Assembly (NCBI GenBank): GCA_030390025.1
Contig: CM059432.1
Coordinates: forward strand, 144,212,001-144,276,000
Length of the DNA: 64,000 nucleotides
Direction: 5' to 3'
From: Squalus acanthias
Taxonomy: Eukaryota
Positions 36,781 to 48,724 of the stretch are shown here, piece by piece. Each line of letters begins with the position of its first letter. Within the stretch, counting starts at the first letter, position 1. Both the position numbers and the translations under genes were made by a program. A model generated the notes under the pieces. The model was given only the letters and a program-made list of their open reading frames with translations. It was not told the origin of the DNA and did no database searches.

Positions 36781-37466
36781 GTTCAATGATCTGAACATTG
36801 TTCAACAAACTGATCCCAAAAAACGAGAGAAACAATAAGTGAATGCAGTTTACCCAGTGCTGACAGTTTCATTGACTAACTCTGCACAGATGCATGTTTT
36901 CACAAAAAAAATATGTAAAGCAATGAAAAAAAAACACAGACGAGGGAGGAAAAGATTCTTTTGATAGCTTTTGCTGGAGCAAAGACACGTAAAACATGAT
37001 AGCTAAACAACGGCATTTACTTGCCTTCTCTGCCATCTAGTGATTATATTTCGAAACTGAGGAGTACTGAGGAGGGGAGAAATGAGCAGGGCTATGGGGA
37101 AAGAGCAGGAGATGGCACTAATTGGAGAGCTCTTTCAAAGAGCTGGCACAGGCATGATGGGCCGAATGGCCTCCTTCTGTGCTGTATGATTCTATGATCC
37201 TATTGGTTAATGATCTCATTTGAAAGCACTGATCATTTTGAACTTAAAACACAAGTTAAAATGGCAGTCAATAATATCATGATTAATTGTTATAGTTGCT
37301 TTCTGACTGGCTTAACGAGCTTTATTCTCTCATAAGAAGTAGGATATAATCAGAAGGTTTTGATGCATATTTCCACACCCCCACTGACTCCCAAAACAAT
37401 CCCCACCTGCTGCATAAGACTCCAAAGTGACAAAACTCAATGGCCTAGAAATTGGAGATGTTAGTG

Positions 37467-38134
37467 AATCATAGAAATTTACAGCACAGAAGGAGGCCAT
37501 TTGGCCCATCTTGTCCATGCCGGCTGACAAAGAGCTATCCACCCTAATCCCACTTTCCAGCACTTGGTCCGTATCCTTGCAGGTTACGGCACTTCAAGTG
37601 CATATCCAAGTACTTTTTAAATGTGTTGAGGGTTTCTGCCTCTACCACCCTTTCAGGCAGTGAGTTCCAGACCCCCACCACCCTCTGAGTGAAAAATGTT
37701 CTCCTCAACTCCCCTCTAATCCTTCTACCAATTACTTTAAATCTATGCCCCCTGGTTATCGACCCCTCTGCTAAGGGAAATAGGTCCTTCCTATCCACTC
37801 TATCTAGGCCCCTCATAATTTTATACACCTCAATTAGGTCTCCCCTCAGCCTCCTCTGTTCCAAAGAAAACAACCCCAGCCTATCCAATCTTTTCTCATA
37901 GCTAAAATTCTCCAGTCCACGCAACATCCTCGTAAATCTCCTCTGTACCCTCTCTAGTGCAATCACATCCTTCCTGTAATGTGGTGACCAGAACTGCATG
38001 CGGTATTCTAGCTGCGGCCTAACTAGTGTTTTATACAGTTCAAGCGTAACCTCCCTGCTCTTATATTCTATGCCTCGGCTAATAAAGGCAAGTATCCCGG
38101 ATGCCTTCTTAACCACCTGATCTACCTGTCCTGC
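37467..38134 (-). mobile_element. CR1 3' fragment inserted in the Harbinger left end
   Basis: 190-aa intact CR1 C-terminal ORF 37544-38116; TAGTG on both flanks. Confidence 0.93.
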
Positions 38135-38629
38135 TAGTGCTGGCTGTTAAGGCCCGTTTTGGTAAGAAAAAATGGCAGCCGCCTCACTTCCGCCGGGTCC
38201 CGTGGCGGCCGCCACTTTTGGCTGGTCGGCAGCGCTGCCGATGTCTGTACTTGCTGGAGATATGTACATTATGCAGACCGTAACGTCAGTGAGTGTGCAA
38301 TGCTCACCTGATGCCCGATCTGCCATTTTCACGTTTGCCGCTCCACTTACCGGCCTGTGTTAATTACAACCAGCTGAGCAAACGTTGACAAGCGGGAAGG
38401 AACCTCCAGCAGCGATATTTAAAGGGATCATCAGCAACAACTTGCAGCTGACACGTTTCTTCAGTTTGACCGGCTCTGTGCAACTTTCTGCAACTCTTGC
38501 CGCTTTCTAAACTTGTTTCAAGTTCCTGAGGTGACCGGGAGTGTTGGTGGAAGTGGAGAACGCCTTCATTCTCATTTAAAGGCTTCTGTTCACAACACTG
38601 GAGAGGGCGCAGAGGCAGCAAAGAAGACG

Positions 38630-39670
38630 AGAAGATGCTCGCAGAGGGAGGAGGAGGAGGGGCAGGAGGGTTCTCAACAGGAGGACTTACCCACCGAGGG
38701 TCTTCAGAGAGCACTTCTCTTATATCCACTTAAGCCAGGAGCAGTGCATTAGGAGGCTCTGCTTCACCAAGGAGGTGGTCACAGAACTCTGCCACCTCCT
38801 GCAACCAGACCTGCAGCCTCAGAACAAGGCGACCACAGCTCTCCCAGTGGCCCTCAAGATCACCGTGGCCCTCAATTTCTTCGCCAGCGGCTCCTTCCAG
38901 TCTGCAGCAGGAGACATAGCTAACACCTCCCCATTCATTGTCCATTGCATCCGGGAGGCTCTCTACTCCAGGAGAAAGAGCTACGAGAAGCAGGAGGAGT
39001 GCACATGTGGCTTTGCCAGGCTAGCGGGCTTCCCCATGGTGCAGGGCACCATCGACTGCACCCATGTGGCTTTGCGGGCGCCGTATACCAATCCTGAGAT
39101 CTTCCGTAACCGCAAAGACTGCCACTCACTCAATGTGCAGTTGTTGTGCGACCACGCCCAGCGCATCATGATGGTCAATGCCCGCTATCCTGCCATCATC
39201 CTGTGCCAGTCCGCTGTGCCAGCAATCTTCCAGGAAACCACGTCAAACCCGAGGGTGGCTGCTCGGAGACAAGGGCTATCTGCGCTGCACCTGGCTGATG
39301 ACTCCCCTCTGCAACCCCACCACTCCTGCCCAGCACTCATATAATGACAGCCATGCTGGCACCAGGAACATCATCGAGCAGACCATCGGCATGCTCAAGC
39401 AACGGTTCCGTGGCCTTGACCGCTCGGGAGGAGCCCTCCAGTACTCGCTGGAGCAGGTGTCCCATTTTATGGTGGTCTGCTGCATGCTTCACAACTTGGC
39501 CATCATGAGGGCGCAGCCATTGCCAGCAGCGATTGCGGGACCACCTCAGGAGGACGAGGAGGAGGAGGAGGAGGAGAAGGAGAAGGAGGAGGAGGAAGAA
39601 AAAGTGGAAGAGGAGGATGATGAGGAGGTGGGATGTCTGTGAGCGCCTCATCAGACTCCGGTTCCAATGA
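38630..39670 (+). pseudogene. Harbinger (HARBI1-family DDE) transposase, frameshifted with deletions
   Basis: LNFFASGSFQ, GFPMVQGTIDCTHV, FRNRK..HSLNVQLLCD, WLLGDKGY, RNIIEQTIGMLKQRFR.LD, CCMLHNLAI. Confidence 0.92.
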
Positions 39671-39842
39671 ATGAAACCCCAGATCCCCGTTGCTCACCAC
39701 ATCCCCATCATACCATCCCCCTCTGTCACAGAACATCACAGCATCCTCCTGGGCACAAAGCTGAAATGAGAGCCACCACAAAACAAACATGCCAAACAAA
39801 ATTAATAAATTTATAAGTATTCAATCAACAGTACAATATCAA

Positions 39843-41722
39843 CTAATCACCCTTGTGCAATCCCTTAGTGCCTGGCGTTCGGGTGCCCTGTCCTACTCTA
39901 GTGCGCCTACACAGTGCTCCCCCAGTGGCTGCAGCACGGCTGGTTGAAGGCTGCTGAGTTTCCATGGGGGAGATTACAGATGGCCTTGCAGGACGGCCTC
40001 GAACAGCTCTGGACCGAGAAGGCCTGGCTGTAGACCGCACCACCTTGGCATGGGCAGCAGCAGTCTGGGCTGGCTGGCTGACAGGCAGCAGCAAGGGCAA
40101 TGGCGGAGCGGCAGTGGTGGGAGTAGGAATGCTGTCATCCTGAGAGAAGACAGCAGGTTCCTGCTCCACAGACCCACTGCCAGTCCTCTGGGATGGCGCC
40201 TCAGCATTCTTAGCAATCTGTTGGAGGACAGATTGTTGGCCTGCTGCGACACCCTGCAAGCCCCTTTCGAGACTCAAAAACCCAATGACGATGGCAGCAG
40301 TCTGAGCTTCCACTGCAGCACTGTGACGTTGGGCGGCTTCCACCTCTGCTGCAATGGAAGCCATGACATCGTCCATCACACGCAGCATCATGGCTTGGTC
40401 CACAAGGTCTCTCCTGGAGTTGTTCATCATTTCCAGCCTGGAAATCATGGGCTCCAAACTCTGCGCAAAGCCCCGTCCAATATTGGGGCCAGACTTCTCT
40501 ATGCTCCTTGACATTGACAAGAGGCTCTCTGGCAGGCTTGCCATTGCACCAAGCATTTCCGTGTGCATGCTCATCACTCTTCATCTGAAGGCCGCCACAT
40601 CGAGGTCTTCATCTGAGTCCAGTGGAGCAGAACTCGTGCACGAACTCGCCCTCTGGGGAGCTGGGACTTGAGCTACCCTTTCCCCCTGACCTAGCTGCAG
40701 CCCACTTGTGCCCGGTGACTCACCATGTGCAGATCCCACCTCTATAACACCCTCTACATTCCACGTAGTGCCAGTTTCTGAGCTGGTGTCTGCAAGTGTC
40801 AGACGCAGTGGCGGTGTGTCTTCTTCTTCATCTCCATTCTCCTCCATGACTTAAGGGACAGGCTGCGCTGGTGGCAGTTCTTGGTTATCTGAAAGCAGAA
40901 AGGTACAACAGTCGAGTTGTGGTGAAGGGAGGGGTGGCAAAAGCAAGACATCCATGCACACACCATCAGCAGCTTGTAAGTGAGAAGAGATTGTGGGATG
41001 AGGGGGAGGTGGGATGCGAGAAGAAGGATTAGGAATGACCATACCGTTGTTGTCCCCAAGGGCTTCAACTTCGCCCGTTGCCATGGCCCCGGTGACTTTC
41101 CCTCCAATGATGTCGAGCACCGTCTCCTCCAGTCGGCTCAAGGTGTCTAAAGCGGCTTGGCTGCCTCCCGTCTGCTGCTGATCCCTCCTGTTCTGTGACA
41201 CCTTGGCCTGAAAGAGAAAGGGAAGTGTGTCAGTGAGTGTGGTGCAATGTGTTTGGGTGATGTGCCTGCCATAGTTGAATAGCTGCCAGTGTGTGCAAGG
41301 TCTGAGATGTGGGTGTGAGTGTTGCAGCAGTGGTAAGGTTGTGAGGGTGAAGTGAAGCTATGATTGTGAGGTCTGAGCGGTGATAGGCAGAGATTGTTGG
41401 TAGGTGAGTGATGGGGGTGTGGTGCATTGAGCAGTGTGTGAGGCTTTGTGGTGCAGATGGTGGGATATGGCATTTACTGAAGTCCTCACTCACCTTGACC
41501 TGCCGTGTGAGGTCATTAAACTTCTTTCGGCACTGGATCTAGGTCTGTCGTTCAACGCTGTTGGCCATGACGTACGTAGCTATCTCTTGCCAGAGCTTTC
41601 TGCAAGTGGCCTTTGATGGCTTCCTACTACCCTACCCGCCTTCTCTCCACTGCCACTACCAATGCCTTGAGAGCTGCATCCGAGAAACTTCTGGCTCGTT
41701 CTCTGTGTTGCTGCTCAGCCAT
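39843..41722 (-). pseudogene. Harbinger Myb/SANT gene; exons 41722-41494, 41207-41045, 40888-39843
   Basis: MAEQQHRERARSFSDAALKALVVAVERRR..QCRKKFNDL; same intron positions and 163-nt exon 2 as copy 1; in-frame stops. Confidence 0.82.
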
Positions 41723-41749
41723 GTCTTCAAACTCCAATGCAGTCAAAGG

Positions 41750-42362
41750 GTACTACTGAGGGAGAGCTACACTGTTGGAGGGGCAATACTGAGGGAGCTT
41801 TGCACTGCGGATATGCAGAACAGAGGGAGCACTGCACTGTCAGAGGGGTAGTACTGAGGGAGCACTGCACAGTCGGAGGGGCAGTGCTGAGGGAGCACTG
41901 CACAGTCGGAGGGGCAGTGCTGAGGGAGCACTGCACAGTCGGAGGGGCAGTGCTAAGGGAGCGCTGCACTTTCGGAGGGGCAGTACTGAAGGAGTGCTGC
42001 ACTGTTGCAGGGGAAGTACTGAGGAGCTGCTGCACTGCTGGAGGGGCTGCACTGTTGGAGAGGCAGTGCTGAGGAAGCGCCGCACTGTCGAAGGGGTTGT
42101 CTGAGGGAGAGTTGCACTGTCAGAGGGGTAGTACTGAGGGAGCGCTGTACTGTCGGACTGCCAGTGCTGAGGTATTGCTGCACTGTCGGACTGGCAGTGC
42201 TGAGGTATTGCTGCACTGTTGGAGGGGCCCTCTTTTGGACGAGACGTTAAACTAAGGCCCCGTCTGACCTCTCGGGTGGACGTAGAGGATACCACGACCA
42301 CTATTGGAAGAAGAGCAGGGGAGTTCTCCCCAGTGTCCTGGGGCCAATATTTATCCCTCAGC
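41750..42362 (+). repeat. 33-bp tandem array amplified from a DeuSINE segment, running into the SINE body
   Basis: Unit CAGTGCTGAGGGAGCACTGCACAGTCGGAGGGG matches SINE 14734-14766. Confidence 0.85.
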
Positions 42363-42540
42363 CAGTTCCTTGACCTCATTGTGGGATATTGTCAGGATGA
42401 AGTTCATGTTTGCCTCCTGAAAACCTATCATCGCACTGCAAAGTGATTCATCAGGAGTTAGGTGTTTTGAGTTAGTATGGAGAGAAATGGAGCCATAAAA
42501 AAACTTTCTTTTAATCAGTATCCATGTTTATTTTTGATGA

Positions 42541-43240
42541 TCAGAGAGACCTGGGGGTATATGTGCATAAAGCGTTGAAGGTGGCAGGGCTGGTTGAGAA
42601 AGCAGTTAAAGAAGCATACAGGATCCTGGGCTTCATAAATAGAGGCATAGAGTACAAAAGCAAGGAAGTTATGATGAACCTTTATAAAACACTGGCTCGG
42701 CCTCAACTGGAGTATTGTGTCCAATTCTGGGCACCGCACTTTAGGAAGGATGTGAAGGTCTAAGAGAGGGTGCAGAAAAGATTTACAGGAATGGTTCCAG
42801 GGATGAGGGACTTCAGTTACGTGGATCGACTAGAGAGGCTGTAGTTGTTCTCCTTAGAGAAGGTTGAGAGGAGATTTGATAGAGGTGTTCAAAATCATGA
42901 GGCGTCTAGACAGAGTAGATAGAGAGAAACTGTTCCCATTGGCAGAAGGGTGGAGAACCAGAGGACACAGATTTAAGGTGATTGGCAGAAGAACCAAAGG
43001 TGACATGAGGAAAAACTTTTTTACGCAGCGAGTGGTTAGGATCTGGAATGCACTGCCTGAAAGGGTGGTGGAGGCAGATTCAATCGTGGCTTTCAAAAGG
43101 GAATTGGACAAGTACCTGAAGCAAAAAATTTGCAGGGCTACGGGGACAGAGCTGGGGAGTGGGACTAGCTGAGGTGCTCTTGCAGAGAGCCAACGCGGGC
43201 TCGACGGGCCAAATGGCCTCCTTCTGTGCTGTAACCATTG
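42541..43240 (+). mobile_element. CR1 3' fragment nested in Harbinger copy 2
   Basis: QRDLGVYVH..LEYCVQFWAPH; RGDLIEVFKIM..NFFTQRVVRIWNALP. Confidence 0.93.
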
Positions 43241-43545
43241 TAATGACAATGAGGTGCTGGTGCATCAAAGCACCTCCCCTTTAAGTAGTGGAGAGAGACT
43301 AGGCCAAATATTACTGGCCATTAGACTGCACCCAATATTGGCCCACCTCGAGTGCTAAGCTAACCAGCAGCGTGTTTAGCGCTGAGATCAGCACTCCAAT
43401 CATGTAAACGAGCAGGCAGCATGAATTTTGCGATCTGCCTGCACCACTGTGAATGGGCGCAGCCAAATAGCACTGGTCCATGACACCACCAGTTTTTGGG
43501 CCATATCAAATTTCTAGGCCTATATCTTTAAAATATCTCACGGGC

Positions 43546-43910
43546 TTTAAAATTATGAAGGGGTTTGATAGGGTAGACATAGAGAATATATTTCCACATT
43601 GTGGGGGAGTCCAAAACTACGGGCCATGAATATAAGATAGTTACTAAGGAATCCAGTAAGGAATTCAGGAGAAACTTCTTTACCAAGAGAGTGGTGAGAA
43701 TGTGGAACTCGCTACCACATGGAGTAGTTGAGGCGAATAGCATAGATGCATTTAAGCTGAAGCTAGATAAATACATGAGGGAGAAAGGAATAGAAGGATA
43801 TGCTGATAAGGTGAGATGAAGTAGGGTGGGAGAAGGCTCGAGTGGAGCATAAACACCGGCATGGACCTGTTGGGCCGAATGGCCTGTTTTATGCCATAAA
43901 TTCCATGTAA
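43546..43910 (+). mobile_element. CR1 3' fragment
   Basis: EFRRNFFTKRVVRMWNSLP followed by the 3' UTR. Confidence 0.88.
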
Positions 43911-45279
43911 TTTTCTGGGGGGGAAAGGGTGAACATGTCTTTCAGACCCATCTAGGAAATATATCACGTATATGAGCTACAGTTATAAAATTGGCACTAC
44001 ATCATTACACCGCGTCCTCAAAGGGGATGGTTGAAGACCATCTGTACAACCACCACTGTCTACCACTCCTCTCTCCATCACCTCCACATCCTAATGTTCA
44101 CAAACCATATGGAGGCGACTCCTACATCCTTTCACACTGGTACACAGGAGATTTACAAGGATTGCACACACAAAGATTTCAGATGGTAAAACTTCAACAT
44201 AATTTCAGTGCAGTTACTGAGGGAGTGCTGCACTGTCAGAGGTGCTGCCTTTCGGATGAGACGTTAAACCAAGACCCTTTCCGCTCTCTCAGGTGGACAT
44301 AAAAGATCCCACAGCACTATTTTGAAGAAGAGCAGGAGAGTTCTCCCCGCTGTCCTGGCCAATATTTATCCCTCAATCAACAGCTCCAAATAAATGATCG
44401 GGTTGTTATCCCATTGTTGTTTGTGGGATCTTGCTGTGCACAAATTGGCTGCCGCGTGTGCACTTCAAAAGTACTTCATTGGATGCAAAGCTCATTAGGA
44501 CGTCCTGAGGATGTGAAAGGCGCTATAGAAATGCAAGCTCTTTCTTTTATTTCTTCTTTATATAGCATCCCTCATGCCGATGAATAGCTCAGATTTTCCA
44601 GTTTTTGCATTCACAGCTTCTTTTGACTATATTTTGGCAACTAAAATTCCTGTCTTCATCACCCCGTCCTACCATTAACATGCCATCTGCAGATCCCACC
44701 CTGTACACATCAACACACCACCTCACCAAAGGCACATCAAACCTTGCCACGAACAATGTCTGCACTCACAACTTAATCATTTTAATCACAACCCATATTT
44801 TGTGCGTGTGTGTGCGTGCGAGTGTGGGTGTGAGAGTGTGCGCGCGCATGTCAGTGTGTGTGTGCGCATGTCAGTGTGTGTGTGTGTGCCTAGTGTTTCT
44901 TAGCACTGAGCTACCTCTTGGTGCTGAAGTGTGACCTAGTACCCTAATCTCGTGCTCCTCCTAGGTGTCAGGTGAGTGTCAGGTGCATGCCAGGTGGCTG
45001 TTGTCACTATGATCCCCGTGCAGCCGGCCCTTGCTCTGCAGCGTCTAAACCCCGCGATGGACCTTCTGCAGGATGTCCCTCTAATGCTGCTGCTCAGGCA
45101 GCCTGGCCCTGTGTCCTTTGACCCTCATGGGCCCGGCATTCCTCTTGGCAGCCTGGGTTATGTTCAATTCCCGGGTGCTGCAGAGAGGAGACCTGTTGCA
45201 TCAAGTTTCTGCCACCTTTACACTACCCTGGTATCCCTGGGACGTGTGAGCTCATCCATTATGGACCTAAGAAAGATAG

Positions 45280-46780
45280 AGCAGAGTATTTCCTAAATGG
45301 CGAGAAGCTCAGAAATGTGGAGGAGCAGAGAGATTCAAGTACAGAAATCACTTAAAGTTAGTGGACAGGTACAAAAAATAATTTAAAAGTCTAATGGAAT
45401 GTTGGTCTTTTTGTCAAGGGGGCTGGAATACAAAGGGGAGTAAGTTATGCTTCAGTTGAAGAGCTCTGGTTAGACCCCATCTGGAGTACTGCATCCAGTT
45501 CTGGGCACCACACCTCAGGAATGATGTATTAGCATTGGAGGGGTACAGTGCAAATTTACCAAAATGATACCGGAGCGAAAAGGGTTGAATTATGAGGACG
45601 AGGTTGCATAAACTAGAATTCACCTGGTGCGGAGCGGTCTGGCCAGGTCGGAGGACCTCCTTGTACGACTGTTCCTGGGCCAGGCCAAGGTGGCCATCCA
45701 CAGGTCCCGGCAGCGCGCAGTCGAGGGGGGGCGGGGGGGCTCGCTCGGCCTGACTGCCTGCCTCTCTTCCGCGGCTATGTTCGCACCCGAGTGTCCCTGG
45801 AGAGGGAGCACGCAGTGTCCACCGGCACGCTTGAGGCCTTCTGCGACCGGAGGGACTGGAGTGCTTCATCACTCCCCCGGCACCAAATTTTGATCTGATT
45901 TGATAAGTATCATTTAAAAAAATTTGGTTAATTTACAGTTTATTGGTCGAGCTCCTTCAAGAAGTGGGCACTTATTACCTCTTAATGATGATGACATCAG
46001 TCAATAGTCACCGAATTTAACATAGAAGAGGTTGCATAGACTAGACTTGTATTGACTTGAGTATAGAAAATTAAGGGGTGATCTAATTGAGGAGTTTAAG
46101 TTGAAAAAAAGACTTGCAATTATATAGCGCCTTTCACGACCACCGGATGTCCCAAAGCACTTTACAGCCAATTATGTACTTTTTGAAGTGTAGTCACTGT
46201 CATAATATAGGAAACGTGGCAGCCAATTTTTACACTGCAAGCTCCCACAAACAGCAATGTGATAACGACCAGATAATCTGTTTTAGTGATGTTGATTGAG
46301 GGATAAGCATTGGCCAGGACACTAGGGATAACTGCCCTGCTCTTCTTCGAAATAGTACCATGGGATCTTTTACGTCCACCTGAGGGAGCAGACGGGGCCT
46401 CATCTGAAAGACGAGATGATTAAAGGAGTCGATAGGGTGGATAGAGAAAAACTATATCCTCTGGTGGGAGAGTCCAGAACACAGGGGCATAACCTTAAAA
46501 TTAGAGCGAGGCCATTCAGGGGTGATCTCAGGAAGCACTTCTTCACACAAAGGGTAGTGGAAATCTGGAACTCTTTCCCCCCAAAAAGGCTGTTGAGGCT
46601 GGGAGTCAACTGAAAATTTAAAAACTGAGACTGATAGATTTTTGTTAGGTAAGGGTATTAAGGGTTACAGAACCAAGGCGGATAAATGGAGTTAAGATAC
46701 AGATCAGCCATAATCTAATTGAATGGTGGAACAGGCTCGAGGAGCTGAATGGCCTCCTCCTGATCCAATGTTCCTATTCC
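45280..46780 (+). mobile_element. CR1 3' region interrupted by a Tx1/L1 fragment and an antisense DeuSINE (46105-46410)
   Basis: CR1 pieces at 45280-45620, 46020-46100 and 46415-46780 are collinear. Confidence 0.75.
45621..45970 (+). mobile_element. Tx1/L1-clade LINE 3' fragment
   Basis: EDLLVRLFLGQAKVAIHRSRQRAVEG resembles the Tx1-type ORF2 C-terminus. Confidence 0.6.
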
Positions 46781-47119
46781 TGGTGCTTTTCCAAATAGGC
46801 AGAGCAGGGCCTGTGCTTTCAATGTTAATGAGGTAGAAAGATGTTCCCAACCCTCACACCACTCGTACTGCAACCAAGAGATGTCCATTTCCAGTGGCAC
46901 CCGCCTGAAAGCTGGCCCTCGGCTTTACACTGGACCTTCGACTGGAGTGCATCATCACCCCCAGCAACCAAATTTTAATTGAATTTATTAAGTTTCATTT
47001 AATGTTTTAAGTTTAGTTACAGTCTATTTGTTTATGGGTTGCTCAAAAAAGTACACTGGACCTTCCTTAGATCAGACGGTCTGACAGGGTCAGGCAGCAA
47101 TGCAAAGCTTGAAGACTGG

Positions 47120-48250
47120 CTGGCTGGGTTGCTAGGGATGGGAGGGAGGAGGCTGGGTTGCTAGGGGTGGGAGGGAGGAGGCTGGGTTGCTAGGGATGGG
47201 AGGGAGGAGGCTGGGTTGCTAGGGATGGGAGGGAGGAGGCTGGGTTGCTAGGGATGGGAGGGAGGAGGCTGGGTTGCTAGGGGTGGGAGTCTGGCTGGGT
47301 TGCTAGGGATGGGAGGGAGGAGGCTGGGTTGCTAGGGATGGGAGGGAGGAGGCTGGGTTGCTAGGGATGGGAGGGAGGAGGCTGGGTTGCTAGGGATGGG
47401 AGGGAGGAGGCTGGGTTGCTAGGGGTGGGAGTCTGGCTGGGTTGCTAGGGATGGGAGGGAGGAGGCTGGGTTGCTAGGGGTGGGAGGGAGGAGGCTGGGT
47501 TGCTGGGGGTGGGAGGGAGGAGGCTGGGTTGCTGGGGGTGGGAGGGAGGAGGCTGGGTTGCTGGGGGTGGGAGGGAGGAGGCTGGGTTGCTGGGAGTGGG
47601 AGGGAGGAGGCTGGGTTGCTGGGGGTGGGAGGGAGGAGGCTGGGTTGCTGGGGGTGGGAGGGAGGAGGCTGGGTTGCTGGGAGTGGGAGGGAGGAGGCTG
47701 GGTTGCTAGGGGTGGGAGGGAGGAGGCTGGGTTGCTAGGGGTGGGAGGGAGGAGGCTGGGTTGCTGGGGGTGGGAGGGAGGAGGCTGGGTTGCTGGGAGT
47801 GGGAGGGAGGAGGCTGGGTTGCTGGGGGTGGGAGGGAGGAGGCTGGGTTGCTGGGGGTGGGAGGGAGGAGGCTGGGTTGCTGGGAGTGGGAGGGAGGAGG
47901 CTGGGTTGCTGGGAGTGGGAGGGAGGAGGCTGGGTTGCTGGGAGTGGGAGGGAGGAGGCTGGGTTGCTAGGGGTGGGAGGGAGGAGGCTGGGTTGCTAGG
48001 GGTGGGAGGGAGGAGGCTGGGTTGCTAGGGGTGGGAGGGAGGAGGCTGGGTTGCTGGGAGTGGGAGGGAGGAGGCTGGGTTGCTGGGAGTGGGAGGGAGG
48101 AGGCTGGGTTGCTAGGGGTGGGAGGGAGGAGGCTGGGTTGCTAGGGGTGGGAGGGAGGAGGCTGGGTTGCTGGGGGTGGGAGGGAGGAGGCTGGGTTGCT
48201 GGGGGTGGGAGGGAGGAGGCTGGGTTGCTGGGGGTGGGTGGGAGTCTGGC
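47120..48250. repeat. 29-bp G-rich VNTR GGCTGGGTTGCT(A/G)GGG(G/A)TGGGAGGGAGGA, ~39 copies
   Basis: Direct tandem repeats with four G-runs per unit. Confidence 0.97.
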
Positions 48251-48259
48251 TGACCTGGT

Positions 48260-48720
48260 GTCTCTGTGCTCGGAGTCGCTTCTTGTCCAGGCTGTGGTCT
48301 CCTTGGTGTTGATGATGTTGCCCTGGTGACGGCGGCTGTTCCTTGCCCGAGTGCGAGAGCGAAGCCCCGGCCCCGCCCGCCACGCACACCCCGAGGCTCA
48401 GGCTCGGGCCTAGGCCCGCCCTGGGGAGCAGGAGGAGGAGGCAGACGGGTGTGAGCGCGGCCTAACATGGCGGTGAAGACCCGGAGTTGGACCAGGAACA
48501 GCCGAGCGCCGCCCGAGGACAGGGAGCGCTGCCCGCCCCCGGGCACTAGGGCCGCGCTGAAGGCGGCCAGCCCGCGGCGGGAGAGGCGCAAGGAGTGCAC
48601 GACCCAGAAGACCAAGCCCTACGTGGTGGGCCACTCCGGCAAATGGGTGACCAGCATCCGCGGCCCGCTCGGCCTCACCGACTCGGCGCTCAGCAGGCTG
48701 GGGACCACCATCCTACTCGG
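48260..48720 (+). promoter_or_regulatory. CpG island / probable promoter and 5' UTR of DPY19L1
   Basis: High CpG density, GC boxes (CCCCGCCC), Kozak-like AACATGG at 48467. Confidence 0.7.
48467..48719 (+). CDS. DPY19L1: DPY19L1 exon 1 (MAVKTRS..LGTTILL)
   Basis: ATG in the CpG island, donor GTGAGA; phase 1 joins exon 2 in frame. Confidence 0.75.
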
Positions 48721-48724
48721 TGAG

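Larger units (their letters stand above)
37442..43520. mobile_element. Harbinger transposon copy 2, TIR to TIR, with nested insertions
   Basis: GGCCTAGAAATT at 37442 and AATTTCTAGGCC ending at 43520; convergent transposase (+) and Myb (-) genes. Confidence 0.85.

Noticed and set aside
38630-39670. Domesticated host HARBI1 gene
   Set aside because: Frameshifts and deletions, flanking TIRs and a partner Myb gene indicate a dead transposon
47471-48329. Gly/Trp-rich ORFs upstream of DPY19L1
   Set aside because: Translations of the 29-bp VNTR from non-ATG starts
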